From positions 28,759 through 92,758 of the forward strand of contig CAMFLX010000001.1 of the NCBI GenBank assembly GCA_945957555.1: 64,000 nt of DNA, given 5' to 3'. How positions within the stretch are numbered: the first letter of the stretch is position 1; the number at the start of each line of letters is the position of its first letter. Made by a program: the position numbers and the translations under genes. Source of the stretch: an uncultured Cytophagales bacterium. GTDB taxonomy: Bacteria > Bacteroidota > Bacteroidia > Cytophagales > UBA9547. Shown in pieces: positions 27,265 to 37,824 of the stretch. The notes under the pieces were generated by a model. That model was not told the origin of the DNA, did not search any database, and saw only the letters and a list, made by a program, of their open reading frames with translations.

Positions 27265-28316
27265 TTATTCGTCTTTAAAAAAGCGTTTTCAATGCATTTT
27301 TGCCACATTTTTGCCAACTCATGAGTTCCTTTCTCATTAAAGTGTGTCCTATCGTATCTAAATTCATTTCCAAGACTATCAGAATTGGGTCCTGGATAGA
27401 CTATCCTTTCATCCCAAAGGGACCTCTGTGAAACCGCTATTTTTTCAGAAAACCAACCATTATGATATGATGCACAAGATACTAACCACGGGATTTGCGC
27501 ACCAATTTTTTTGTTACAATAGTCAATACTTTCTTTCAATGTGGTTCTGTAAAGATCAGGAGACGTGTTCTGGTCACTTTCTCCTTGATGCCATAAAATT
27601 GCCCTACACTTATTTTTCCCAAGCATTTTTATGCAATCTATAACTTCATTTAAATAATTAGAATCTTTAATCCATTGGCCTATATTACTTCCTGGCTTTG
27701 CCAGATTTATAAAACCAATCGGAGCGTTCATTTTTTTCGATAAACTATCCCCCAACTGCGGCCAAACAGCACCTCCCCAATTTTCTTTATAAGGATCAAT
27801 ACATTCTTTCCATACGATATTCCTATTGCCATAAAACCCATACTTTACTTTTCCTTCTTTTGAAGCATAAAACTTTTTGTCATATCCACAGGCATTTGAC
27901 TGACCTGCAACAATAAAAATCTCTCCAATATCAAAAACAATCGGTTCATGGACGAGTGGTGGCTTAAAGTTCTCCGATTTAGATGAAATCCATAAAATGT
28001 TACGACCAACAGTCGCATCAATTATTCCATTATATGCTATCCAATTTACAGAAGAATCTAACGTTTTCCAAGAATTGAGACAATCAGCCTTTTCGGCACA
28101 AATATATTCTATTTGTTTACTTTTTAGACCTACAAAACCAGAAATATTAATCTTTAAAAACCTTGAATCTAAATCCCTTTGTATTAAATCATTCGTTTGA
28201 ATTTTAGTAACAGTTAATACAGAATAGCCACATAATTTATATAAATCCTTCGCAAATAATAAAAGAGGTATTATCGTTATTGCAATAACAATAAAAAATA
28301 CTTTCTTTAATTTCAT
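27255..28316 (-). CDS. SASA/DUF303-type carbohydrate O-acetylesterase
   Basis: IVAGQSNACGY (GQSN nucleophile block) and ILWHQGESD. The stop overlaps the kmo stop by 10 nt (convergent genes). Confidence 0.7.
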   Translation of the reverse strand: MKLKKVFFIVIAITIIPLLLFAKDLYKLCGYSVLTVTKIQTNDLIQRDLDSRFLKINISGFVGLKSKQIEYICAEKADCLNSWKTLDSSVNWIAYNGIIDATVGRNILWISSKSENFKPPLVHEPIVFDIGEIFIVAGQSNACGYDKKFYASKEGKVKYGFYGNRNIVWKECIDPYKENWGGAVWPQLGDSLSKKMNAPIGFINLAKPGSNIGQWIKDSNYLNEVIDCIKMLGKNKCRAILWHQGESDQNTSPDLYRTTLKESIDYCNKKIGAQIPWLVSCASYHNGWFSEKIAVSQRSLWDERIVYPGPNSDSLGNEFRYDRTHFNEKGTHELAKMWQKCIENAFLKTNNYK

Positions 28317-29350
28317 AAATCCTGCTTTTTACGAAAAATACGTTTTGCAAGAATAGTTGTCAAGTTTATTGATGGTTTTTCGACCAATAAATAGAAAAAA
28401 TAAGAAAAAAGAAAGGAAAAAGAAAGGATTAGGACAAAATCAAAAACAGTAAAATGGTTTTTCCAATTAAAAACAAAACTAAGTATATAAGGGGTTAATG
28501 CATGACAAATATATAAAGAATAACTCCATTTCCCTGCATTTTCAAAAAACACAATTGGATCTCTTTTATTCCAGAAACTTATTTCTTTTCTCAACCATAT
28601 ATATGCAATTAATGAGAAAAAATTAAGACTGATTGAAAAACCAACCCAAAATTTATATCGCATTACAAAACAAATACATGAAATAAAAACAACTATGATT
28701 CTCCAAAAAACAATGGTTTTGAATGATGTATCCTGTTCTATTAGAACATCATAATCATCGGCAATTTTAACACCCAACAACCAACAGGGCAAACCAAGTA
28801 ACCAAGTATATTTAATCCCAAGCTCATGGTAATTACCATTAAAAGCCTCATGAGTAAATATACTTCTAATAGAATTAGAAGCTACAAACAAAACAATAAA
28901 TGCTAATAAAAATGTTACAACAAAAATATATTTAAGCTTATACCGTTGTTTTAATGTTAAAATCAGTGGGTACAATGTATAATATATCAACTCACAATAT
29001 AAACTCCAAAGGGGCAATAAATAAAATGATTCAAAAAAGTTAGCAAATAATGAAATTATCATAATGGGTATTCCAATTCTCAAATATCTTCGAAAAAGAA
29101 ACTCGTAGGTGTTAAACGAATTATTTTTTCGATATGGGAAGTGTATAACAATCCCAGATAATACAAAAAAACCTATAACAGCAGCTACACCGACAAAAGA
29201 TGAATTAAGCACATCCTCCAAAAACTTCCCAAACCAAATATTTGAAGTAAAAGGTTTAATATATTTACTGAATGGTATATGACTTAGTAATACCCATAAA
29301 GCCAAAAAAAATCTTATACTATCAAGGCCATTAATCCATTTTTTAGACAT
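28313..29350 (-). CDS. acyltransferase family 3 (membrane O-acyltransferase)
   Basis: LDSIRFFLALWVLLSH start and about 10 TM segments. It has a 4-nt ATGA overlap with the esterase gene. Confidence 0.75.
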   Translation of the reverse strand: MSKKWINGLDSIRFFLALWVLLSHIPFSKYIKPFTSNIWFGKFLEDVLNSSFVGVAAVIGFFVLSGIVIHFPYRKNNSFNTYEFLFRRYLRIGIPIMIISLFANFFESFYLLPLWSLYCELIYYTLYPLILTLKQRYKLKYIFVVTFLLAFIVLFVASNSIRSIFTHEAFNGNYHELGIKYTWLLGLPCWLLGVKIADDYDVLIEQDTSFKTIVFWRIIVVFISCICFVMRYKFWVGFSISLNFFSLIAYIWLRKEISFWNKRDPIVFFENAGKWSYSLYICHALTPYILSFVFNWKNHFTVFDFVLILSFSFLFSYFFYLLVEKPSINLTTILAKRIFRKKQDL

Positions 29351-29465
29351 TTTTCCTATTTTTTTACGAAGATATCTAAATCTTTAAATTGATGTAAGAA
29401 TGTTTATAAACTTATTTAATGGCTCAGTTTATGACTACAATATTGTGTACTTGTTTTACCCAATA

Positions 29466-30812
29466 TTATCGATATAATTCTTTCAAAACTATACTCGAAA
29501 ATAAGAATATCAAGTATACTGATAAAATAGTAACTACTGCTTGAATGTCTGCACCCAATTGAAAAGTTGCATAACCTATCAAATACAATGAAAATCCAAC
29601 ACCCAAAATGTTAAAATAATTCTTTACCATTCCACTTGCTTGCCATAGTTGAGCTATAAAATAACCAAATAAAAAGCTAATAATGATTACTCCATAATAC
29701 TCAAAATTTAAATATGCTTCACCATATATGGTCATGTTAATGGAATTATTGATACTTCCACTATCATTCCTGTAAGCTAAACCAATTCTTTCTGCAAACC
29801 AACCACCCTGTTGTATGATTGGTTTTTCCGGCCATACGAATCTGGGAATAAAAACATATGTTAAGTAAAGCATTGTTTTCCCAGAATAAAGACCATCTTC
29901 CTTTTTTACCCTAATAACCTGAGTAAGTTGATTAATTACAGTAGACCTTGCAAGAATTGTTTGCTTTTTTTGTTCATCTTCAAATTCTGCTACTTGTTCA
30001 TTATTAAATAAATAAGAAACTTTTTGTTGCCAACTAAATGAATAAATAGTCCTTAACATCCCGAGTTTATTAAATGAAAAAGAAAAGAAAAGGATAAGCG
30101 CAAAAATCGGTATGTACTTTGTATCAAAAAATGAGCGCACCCTTTTCGTTGCCATAAGAGATGATATTAAATAAATAATGGCAGGCGATATAATGTCAAA
30201 TCTCAAATAAGATGTAAAAAATGAATTTATTGTACAAATAAACACTAATATCCAAGAATAATTTTCAAGGTTTTTTACTTTATAAGTTATCCCAAACAAG
30301 TTTAATAAAAATATACTTGAAATTGGAATTAGACTTACTAACCTTTGAACTGGACCTGGAAAAACTATAAAACCTTGAAATATAACTATAAAAAAAGATA
30401 AATAAAAAAGATAATTTAAAACACTAATTGATTTAATTGTAAAATTAATTTCTGGTAAAACACCTGTGGACCTTTTGAAAGAATTAAATCCTAAAACAAT
30501 AAATAAGATACCAATAAAATATATTTCCATAGCTTCAGTATAGTTTTCTGGTACAGAGTATTTAAAATATTGAAAGTATGCTTCTTCCTTTTCTTTGATA
30601 TTATAGAAAGCTAAAAAATGTCCATATGCAGTATATAAACTCCCGATAGAAAAAACGAAAATCGGATTAATGTTGTTCAATTTGTACTTTTTGTAGTGAT
30701 CCACAACAAAACTCAAACAAAGAATGATTTGAGCAAAAGTTACAATTACAGGTGAATCACTAAAGTAACCGTAAAAATTAATGAGAAGCGATATAAGAAG
30801 TAAGAAGTTCAA
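29466..30812 (-). CDS. polytopic membrane protein, possible oligosaccharide repeat-unit (Wzy-like) polymerase
   Basis: 448 aa with more than 10 TM segments and one large hydrophilic loop (EQKKQTILARSTVINQL...). TTG start. The call rests on context within a glycan cluster. Confidence 0.4.
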   Translation of the reverse strand: MNFLLLISLLINFYGYFSDSPVIVTFAQIILCLSFVVDHYKKYKLNNINPIFVFSIGSLYTAYGHFLAFYNIKEKEEAYFQYFKYSVPENYTEAMEIYFIGILFIVLGFNSFKRSTGVLPEINFTIKSISVLNYLFYLSFFIVIFQGFIVFPGPVQRLVSLIPISSIFLLNLFGITYKVKNLENYSWILVFICTINSFFTSYLRFDIISPAIIYLISSLMATKRVRSFFDTKYIPIFALILFFSFSFNKLGMLRTIYSFSWQQKVSYLFNNEQVAEFEDEQKKQTILARSTVINQLTQVIRVKKEDGLYSGKTMLYLTYVFIPRFVWPEKPIIQQGGWFAERIGLAYRNDSGSINNSINMTIYGEAYLNFEYYGVIIISFLFGYFIAQLWQASGMVKNYFNILGVGFSLYLIGYATFQLGADIQAVVTILSVYLIFLFSSIVLKELYR

Positions 30813-30975
30813 ATCTTTCGAGGCTCAAACTTAATAAAATAATATCATATTATCAGCAATGACTGGATTTGCTAATAAGTAAAATGTAGTGAAGGAAATG
30901 CGCAAAGTATTTAAAACACAAAAAAACTATCCTTTTTAAGGAAAAGACGTATCATTAACATAGTTAATAAACATA

Positions 30976-32127
30976 TTGAAAAAGACATTAAAAATACTGG
31001 GATTATTCGTTCTCTTATTAGCAATAGGAATAAATCTATTTATTTTATTCTCTGGCAGGTTTTATCTATACAAAACCATACGATATAATTTCAGCAATAT
31101 TGATGATGGCAAAATTTTCCCAAAGCGAATAGTAACTATAGGAACGCCTGAACCATGGAATTTTTCAGTTTCTTATAACAAAACTCCAATGCCTGACAGT
31201 TTGGAAAAATTTATGGGATCCATAAGTAGTGTTGCTGCACTTGTCGTTAAAAACGACAGTATTATTTATGAAAAATATTGGGATGACTATAGTGATACCT
31301 CTCATTCAAATTCATTTTCTGTAGCTAAGTCAATGGTCAGTTTACTGATAGGGATCGCGCAAAAAGAAGGAAAAATCAATTCATTATACGATCCCGTAGT
31401 TAAGTATCTTCCTGAATACAAAAACAACTTAGGTAATCAAATCGCAATTATTCATTTACTTACTATGAGCTCAGGTCTTAATTGGGATGAGTCCTATATT
31501 AATCCACTTTCAATGACTACTGAGGCCTACTATGGCAGTAATTTAAAAGCTGTAATTAATAAACTCAAGCCCAGTAAAGAACCTGGTAAATATTTTAGCT
31601 ATAAAAGTGGAGATACTCAGATTCTTGGTATGTTGTTGAGAAAATTGTATAACAAACCTTTGGCTGAAATCATGTCTGAAAAAATATGGTCGCAAATAGG
31701 AGCGGAGCACCCTGCATATTGGTCTCTTGATGATGATAACGGAATTGAAAAAGCATATTGCTGTTTCAACTCCAATGCTAGGGATTTTGCAAGAATAGGG
31801 AAACTGATGCTTCAGAATGGAAAATGGAATGGAAAAACTATTGTCCCAGAAAGTTATATTATAGCTGCAACCAAACCCAATGAACTCATTGATGAAGAGA
31901 CACAAGACAAGGTTGATTTTTATGGCTGGCAGTGGTGGGTACTCCCAACCTATAGAGGAATGAATGATTTATACTATGCAAGAGGTGTAAACGGTCAGTA
32001 TATAATTGTCATACCTTCAAAAAACATTGTCATTGTAAGACTCGGGGATAAAAGAGGTGATAAATTTGGTAAGACTGTTCACCATAAAGAGACTATGGAA
32101 CTTATTGATTTCGCCCTAAGTCAATAA
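30976..32127 (+). CDS. serine hydrolase (beta-lactamase/class C-like fold)
   Basis: SFSVAKS (SxxK) motif and LLTMSSGL. It has an N-terminal TM anchor and a TTG start. Confidence 0.7.
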   Translation: MKKTLKILGLFVLLLAIGINLFILFSGRFYLYKTIRYNFSNIDDGKIFPKRIVTIGTPEPWNFSVSYNKTPMPDSLEKFMGSISSVAALVVKNDSIIYEKYWDDYSDTSHSNSFSVAKSMVSLLIGIAQKEGKINSLYDPVVKYLPEYKNNLGNQIAIIHLLTMSSGLNWDESYINPLSMTTEAYYGSNLKAVINKLKPSKEPGKYFSYKSGDTQILGMLLRKLYNKPLAEIMSEKIWSQIGAEHPAYWSLDDDNGIEKAYCCFNSNARDFARIGKLMLQNGKWNGKTIVPESYIIAATKPNELIDEETQDKVDFYGWQWWVLPTYRGMNDLYYARGVNGQYIIVIPSKNIVIVRLGDKRGDKFGKTVHHKETMELIDFALSQ

Positions 32128-32292
32128 CATATTTTTAAGGATGCCATATAATATACAAAACACATCCAATTTAATTGCAAATAGACCTTAGTCACTTTTG
32201 CAAAGTATTTTAAGCCTTTTGAAAAGACTTAACTAATCCAAACTGTTACTCTTGTATTTCAATAGTAACAAACATCAAAACAAATTATTATT

Positions 32293-34158
32293 ATGTGCAG
32301 TAAAGTAATAGCTTTCTTTTTATTATTTGTGGGCGCATGGACAGTCCATGGTCAAAACTTTGTGCAACGCCAAGGCAAAAAAGTATATTATAAAGGTGAT
32401 GAAATCCTTCTAAGAGGTATGGCCTTTGGTAACCTCGTCTGGGAGGACGCCTATGCAAATACGCCAAACAAACACCATTCTGAAATAGATTATCAAAGAC
32501 TCCAAGATTTGGGTATGAACGCCATTCGTTTCTACATGAATTACAAAACCTTCGAAAATGATGCAAATCCTTACAATTACAAACAAAATGGCTGGGACTG
32601 GATAGACCTCAATATTAAATGGGCTAAGGCTCACAATATTTTCCTGATCCTCAACATGCACATACCACAAGGTGGTTTTCAATCGCAATGCAAAGGTTCG
32701 GCACTATGGACGGATACGGCAAATCAAAATAGACTTGTAGCCCTTTGGAAAGCGATTGCCCATAAATACAAAGATGAACCCCAGATCGCTGGTTTTGATT
32801 TAGTCAACGAACCCACACCTTCTGGAAGCATTGAAAACTGGACCAATCTAGCCCAGAGAATCATTGACGGGATCAGGACCGTAGACAATAACCACATGAT
32901 CATCACAGAAAGGGCTTTAGCCCTTGGCTGTGACTATAGTTATACAGATGCAAATAGCAATTATCCTCAAATTACAGAATCAAACCTTATGTATACAGTA
33001 CACATGTACGACCCTTATGAGTTCACACATCAAAACTTAGCCTGGGCAGGCACTGGTGATGGTGGTAAATATCCTGATAATGACAAAATTACGGTACCAG
33101 CAGATGCATCCTACGCAACGGGCGATTACGATAATCCTTCTATTGGCTCTGGTACCAGTGATTGGAAGGAATACAAGGGCACTCCTTTTTCTATAACAGT
33201 GGATACACTACTATGTGGGAGAGTTGTATTCTTGTCCAACAAGATCGCCGAAGGTATGGTCTATTTCGATGACTTTGTCCTCAATGAACTTGATGCAAGT
33301 AACAATATTGTTAAAACAATCCATGCTGTGAATCTTACTTCTGGTGCTCAGTGGTACTGGTCGGCAAATAACACGGGTATGAATTCTACTTCAACATCCG
33401 GACATGGGGATAGTTTTTCTGTTACAATAACAGGTAACACTTCTAACGCCACTGTTATTCTTCCTGATTTTGCATTTAGAGTAGAAAAGGGCAAAAAATA
33501 TGCTATCAGTGGTTGGATGAAAGGCGATAACATACCATTAGGAGCTACCGCTTCTATCGCTACAGAATATTACTATTCGCCTTCACACAAACCTTTATCA
33601 GCAAGGAACTATCAGTATTTATTAAATCAAATTACCAACTATACCAAATACATTGAAGCAAAAGGATTTCCTGTATACTTTGGTGAATTTGGTGCAGGTA
33701 GACCCTGTTTTCTTAACAACAAAGGTGGTGATCGGTGGGTCGCAGATTGCATGCATATTTTTGACAGTCTTGGGTATCACTTTACCTATCACTCTTATAA
33801 AGAAAGTAGTTTTGGTTATTATGACGGTTGGGACCAACCAGTAGATCCCAGCACCGTAAACACCGATTTACAAGATGTTTTTAAAACATTTTTCGGTACC
33901 GCAAATTCAATACAGGACCTTACTAGCCCAAATGTCGTTGGTTTACGAATACATCCTAATCCCGTAGGCGACCTATTACAAATAAACCTGGGTGATGGGC
34001 ATAGGCTTGATGCAGCTATTATCATAGATGGTAGTGGTAGAAAAGTTATAGAATCGACCTCTATAGAAATCAACGTTCAGGCATTAAAATCTGGTATGTA
34101 TTACATTAAGGTAGTTACTCAAAACAAAAATGTCTCTTTGAAATTTGTAAAAAAATAA
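32293..34158 (+). CDS. GH5 glycoside hydrolase with a T9SS type A C-terminal sorting domain
   Basis: LVNEPTP (acid/base NEP), YFGEFG (nucleophile region) and the C-terminal tail IHPNPVGDLLQINL...GMYYIKVVTQNKNVSLKFVKK. Confidence 0.8.
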   Translation: MCSKVIAFFLLFVGAWTVHGQNFVQRQGKKVYYKGDEILLRGMAFGNLVWEDAYANTPNKHHSEIDYQRLQDLGMNAIRFYMNYKTFENDANPYNYKQNGWDWIDLNIKWAKAHNIFLILNMHIPQGGFQSQCKGSALWTDTANQNRLVALWKAIAHKYKDEPQIAGFDLVNEPTPSGSIENWTNLAQRIIDGIRTVDNNHMIITERALALGCDYSYTDANSNYPQITESNLMYTVHMYDPYEFTHQNLAWAGTGDGGKYPDNDKITVPADASYATGDYDNPSIGSGTSDWKEYKGTPFSITVDTLLCGRVVFLSNKIAEGMVYFDDFVLNELDASNNIVKTIHAVNLTSGAQWYWSANNTGMNSTSTSGHGDSFSVTITGNTSNATVILPDFAFRVEKGKKYAISGWMKGDNIPLGATASIATEYYYSPSHKPLSARNYQYLLNQITNYTKYIEAKGFPVYFGEFGAGRPCFLNNKGGDRWVADCMHIFDSLGYHFTYHSYKESSFGYYDGWDQPVDPSTVNTDLQDVFKTFFGTANSIQDLTSPNVVGLRIHPNPVGDLLQINLGDGHRLDAAIIIDGSGRKVIESTSIEINVQALKSGMYYIKVVTQNKNVSLKFVKK

Positions 34159-34174
34159 TCCTTTACTAGGTTTT

Positions 34175-34200
34175 GGTATGAGAGACATGTCTCTCATACC
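34175..34200. repeat. perfect 26-nt palindrome (hairpin) after the GH5 gene
   Basis: GGTATGAGAGACATGTCTCTCATACC read directly. There is no clear T-run on either side. Confidence 0.7.
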
Positions 34201-34271
34201 AGATTTAATTGGATCATGAGTTTAATACGGAAACTTACTAATTTCTTGACTACACAAAAGAAGTTTTATAA

Positions 34272-34655
34272 ATGTTAAACAAAATTCATCATATTGCTAT
34301 TATTTGTTCTGATTACGAGCTTTCGAAAAATTTTTACGTTAAGGTCTTAGGACTGGAAATTATCAAAGAAACGTTTAGAGAGGAGAGGAGCTCTTTCAAG
34401 CTAGATCTATCACTAAATGGAAACTATATTATTGAACTGTTTTCTTTTCCGAATCCCCCCAAAAGACCTTCAAGGCCAGAAGCTACTGGCCTAAGACATA
34501 TAGCTTTTGAAGTTGAAAATCTGGATGCTGTTATTGCCCATTTAAAAGCAAACAAAGTTGATGTTGAACCCATTCGTATAGACGAATTCACAAACAAACG
34601 CTTTACTTTTATTGCAGATCCAGATGATCTACCCATAGAGTTTTATGAGAGATGA
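34272..34655 (+). CDS. VOC/glyoxalase-family protein
   Basis: 127 aa with IHHIAIICSDYELSKNFY and GLRHIAFEV metal-ligand blocks. Confidence 0.75.
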   Translation: MLNKIHHIAIICSDYELSKNFYVKVLGLEIIKETFREERSSFKLDLSLNGNYIIELFSFPNPPKRPSRPEATGLRHIAFEVENLDAVIAHLKANKVDVEPIRIDEFTNKRFTFIADPDDLPIEFYER

Positions 34656-34698
34656 ATTTGGCAGAAGAATAAAGTATGTCGATATTAAAGAATAACGA

Positions 34699-36612
34699 TT
34701 ATTTTGCAGCTTCCAAAGTTTCGATCAAAACTTCCCATTCACTTTCTTTGGTAGACAATTGAGACTTTACCTCTGTATATTTAGTTTGAATATCAGATAG
34801 TTTACTAGCATTATTATACAATTCTGGTTTTGCGAGTTCTATCTCAAGTTCGGATTTTTGGCTTTCCAATTGAGCTATATCTGCTTCTATCTTGGAGATT
34901 TTATTGCTAATCTCCCTAGTATTCACAGTAGATTTTGGCTTAGCTGCTTCTACTGGTTTGGCTATCTCTTTAATTTCAACTTTTACTTGCTCTGGAACAC
35001 TTTGCTTTTGGTTGAGCACACGCTCTTCCATATAAACTTCCCATTCCTCATAAGAACCAGGATATACTTTGATTTCTTGATCTTCAATCCACCAAATCTT
35101 GTTGGCCACGTTACTCACAAAGTGTCTATCGTGAGAGACCGTCACAAAGCTTCCTTGGTAAGTGTTCAATGCATGAATCAAAATATTAACGGATTGCATA
35201 TCCAAGTGGTTGGTGGGTTCGTCTAGTAATAGAAAATTAGCTTCTGATAGCAAGACCTTTGCCATAGCCACCCTAGATTTTTCTCCACCTGACAGCACTT
35301 TGATTTTCTTGTATACATCATCATCGCTAAACAGGAAACAACCCAAAATACTTCGCAATTCCATGTCAGTTTTGCGAGACCCTGCTTGTTGAAGTTCCGA
35401 AAGTAAGTCATTATTCAAGTTCAAGCTTTCCAGCTGATGTTGCGCAAAAAAAGATAGTTTCACGTTGTGACCTTCTTCTCGTCCTCCCTCCATAGTCTCC
35501 GTTCCCGCAATGATACGTAGCAAAGTTGACTTTCCTTTGCCGTTAGCGCCAATAAGTGCTATCTTATCGCCACGCTCGATCAACGCACTTGCACTACTTA
35601 AAATATGAAGTGATCCGTATGATTTGGAGATATTTTTTAGATCAAGGATATTGCGGCCCGATTGCGAACCAAAATTAAACTTGAAATTGATTTTTGCGTT
35701 TTCGTCAACAACTTCTTCTATTTTATCTAGGCGGGCTAGAGCCTTTACTCGCGACTGTACCTGTCTTGCTTTTGTCGCTTTGGCCTTAAATCGCTGTATA
35801 AAACGTTCAGTTTGTCTGATTTGTGCTTGTTGGTTTTCGTAGGCACCCTTTTGGATTTCATTACGCAACTGTTTTTCTTCTATATAAAATGAGTAATTAC
35901 CAGAATATAAATTCAAACTCTGATTGCTCACCTCCACGATACTATCACAAACATTATCCAAAAAATATCTGTCGTGCGATACCACTATTACGGCGCCTTC
36001 ATATCTATCCAAATATTCCTCAATCCATTTAATGGAAGGTAAATCCAAGTGGTTGGTCGGCTCATCGAGCATTAGCAGCGAAGGCTTCATCAAAAGCAGT
36101 TTTGCTAACATTACCCTCATACGCCAGCCCCCAGAAAACTCTTTTAAAGGTCTTTGCAAGTCAGAAGTGTTAAAACCCAGGCCCTCAAGTATTTCCTCAG
36201 ATTTTGATTGAGCGGTATAACCATCCAATGTATCAAATTCTTCTTGAAGTTTTGTAAGCTTATCCACCAACTTATCCTCATAAGCAACTTCCATCTGATG
36301 AAGAACTTCATCGATTTTCTTCTGCAACTCCACGGCCCTTTCAAAAGCTTGCATAGCTACAGATAAGATACTATCATCAGTCTGATATGAAAGTAAATCT
36401 TGGTTCAAAAAGCCAATGCTACAATCACCACTTTTAGATATATCACCGCCATCGGGTTTGTAGTCACCGATCAAAAGTTTAAGTAAAGTAGATTTGCCAG
36501 TACCATTGGCTCCTATAAGACCGATCCTGTCTTTTGGCTTGATGTGTAGATTAACATTCTCATACAAAGCCCTTCCTCCAAAATAAAAAGAGAGATTGTT
36601 CACTGAAATCAT
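34699..36612 (-). CDS. ABC-F family ATPase with a C-terminal coiled-coil extension (Uup/YheS-like size)
   Basis: GANGTGKST and GANGKGKST Walker A motifs, FSGGWRMR and LSGGEKSR signatures, and a coiled-coil tail (IAQLESQKSELEIELAK...). Confidence 0.9.
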   Translation of the reverse strand: MISVNNLSFYFGGRALYENVNLHIKPKDRIGLIGANGTGKSTLLKLLIGDYKPDGGDISKSGDCSIGFLNQDLLSYQTDDSILSVAMQAFERAVELQKKIDEVLHQMEVAYEDKLVDKLTKLQEEFDTLDGYTAQSKSEEILEGLGFNTSDLQRPLKEFSGGWRMRVMLAKLLLMKPSLLMLDEPTNHLDLPSIKWIEEYLDRYEGAVIVVSHDRYFLDNVCDSIVEVSNQSLNLYSGNYSFYIEEKQLRNEIQKGAYENQQAQIRQTERFIQRFKAKATKARQVQSRVKALARLDKIEEVVDENAKINFKFNFGSQSGRNILDLKNISKSYGSLHILSSASALIERGDKIALIGANGKGKSTLLRIIAGTETMEGGREEGHNVKLSFFAQHQLESLNLNNDLLSELQQAGSRKTDMELRSILGCFLFSDDDVYKKIKVLSGGEKSRVAMAKVLLSEANFLLLDEPTNHLDMQSVNILIHALNTYQGSFVTVSHDRHFVSNVANKIWWIEDQEIKVYPGSYEEWEVYMEERVLNQKQSVPEQVKVEIKEIAKPVEAAKPKSTVNTREISNKISKIEADIAQLESQKSELEIELAKPELYNNASKLSDIQTKYTEVKSQLSTKESEWEVLIETLEAAK

Positions 36613-37197
36613 ATTGCAAAAATACGATAAATTGGTAGATTGTTTCTTTTTTTTGGATCCAGAATCTCTTTTTGAAAAAATATTCAGCTTTACCGTTTAC
36701 CTTTTTAGGGGTCTTTGTATTTATGTATGAATTTTTAAATACTTATTACATGAAAAACAATTACACAATAGATTATTTAATTCCTTTAAACAAACCAATG
36801 GTTATCAATATTAACTAGTTAGCATATATTAATTCATATTTAGCTATTATTTTTTGTAAAAAACAAACGAAAACATTCGTGTATATCGAAAGATATCCGC
36901 ACGTACAATATTCAAAATAAACGAAAACTTTTGCTTGTCTGTAGTTCTTAATTTTGGGAATATACTTTTTAAACACATTGATGTTCATTCTTAGCACGCC
37001 TAACTTTTACATTATTATTAGAAAAGACTCACAAAAACAATACTGGTATTGAACCAGGAGAATAGATACCCAAATGGGTGTATTTTTATCTAGAGTTATA
37101 ATAAAATAACAAGTTTATTTTAGCAGTTTTTACACAACCTAATTCTTTTTATTATAAATTTGTTATGAGTAGTATTTTATCATGACTCGTTTCTTTT

Positions 37198-37824
37198 ATG
37201 TACTATACACAACAGCTAGATCTAATTTTTGAACAAACTGTATATATATGGTTTTCAAAGCTTTTCAGACAAGACAAAACCCCGATTACAGAGGAAGAAC
37301 TTGTTTTCCTAGCCATCAAAAACCCAAAGCATTTCTCAAAAATATATGATATATACCATCACAAGATTTTCACTTACATATTTCGTAGAGTCGGTGATTT
37401 GGATCTTGCTGCTGATATTTGCTCCGAAACTTTTGTAAAGGCATTTTCAAACCTCCACAAATACCAATTCAAAGGTTTTAGTTTTTCTAGTTGGCTTTAT
37501 AAGATTACAACCAATGAGATCAACATGTACTTTCGCAAAAACCAAACAGAAACGAGACATATTGCTATCTATTCCAAAACAATCGATCTTTTAGTCGAAA
37601 TAGATGAAGAAACTTCGATAGAAGAAAAACTAGTACAACTGCAAAATGCGTTGGCCTTTTTGGAACAAGTAGAAGTTCAGCTACTAGAATGGCGTTTTTA
37701 TGAAGAACTAAGTTTTAAAGAGATTGGTTACCTCCTTGACATTAGTGAAGACAACGCTAAGATACGTACTTACAGAGTGATAGAGAAGATAAAAAAAAGC
37801 TTATTCAAACCCAAAAGAAAATGA
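37198..37824 (+). CDS. ECF-type RNA polymerase sigma-70 factor
   Basis: Region 2 (IYHHKIFTYIFRRVGDLDLAADICSETFVKAF...FSSWLYKITTNEINMYFRK) and region 4 (LEWRFYEELSFKEIGYLLDISEDNAKIRTYRVIEKIKK). Confidence 0.8.
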   Translation: MYYTQQLDLIFEQTVYIWFSKLFRQDKTPITEEELVFLAIKNPKHFSKIYDIYHHKIFTYIFRRVGDLDLAADICSETFVKAFSNLHKYQFKGFSFSSWLYKITTNEINMYFRKNQTETRHIAIYSKTIDLLVEIDEETSIEEKLVQLQNALAFLEQVEVQLLEWRFYEELSFKEIGYLLDISEDNAKIRTYRVIEKIKKSLFKPKRK

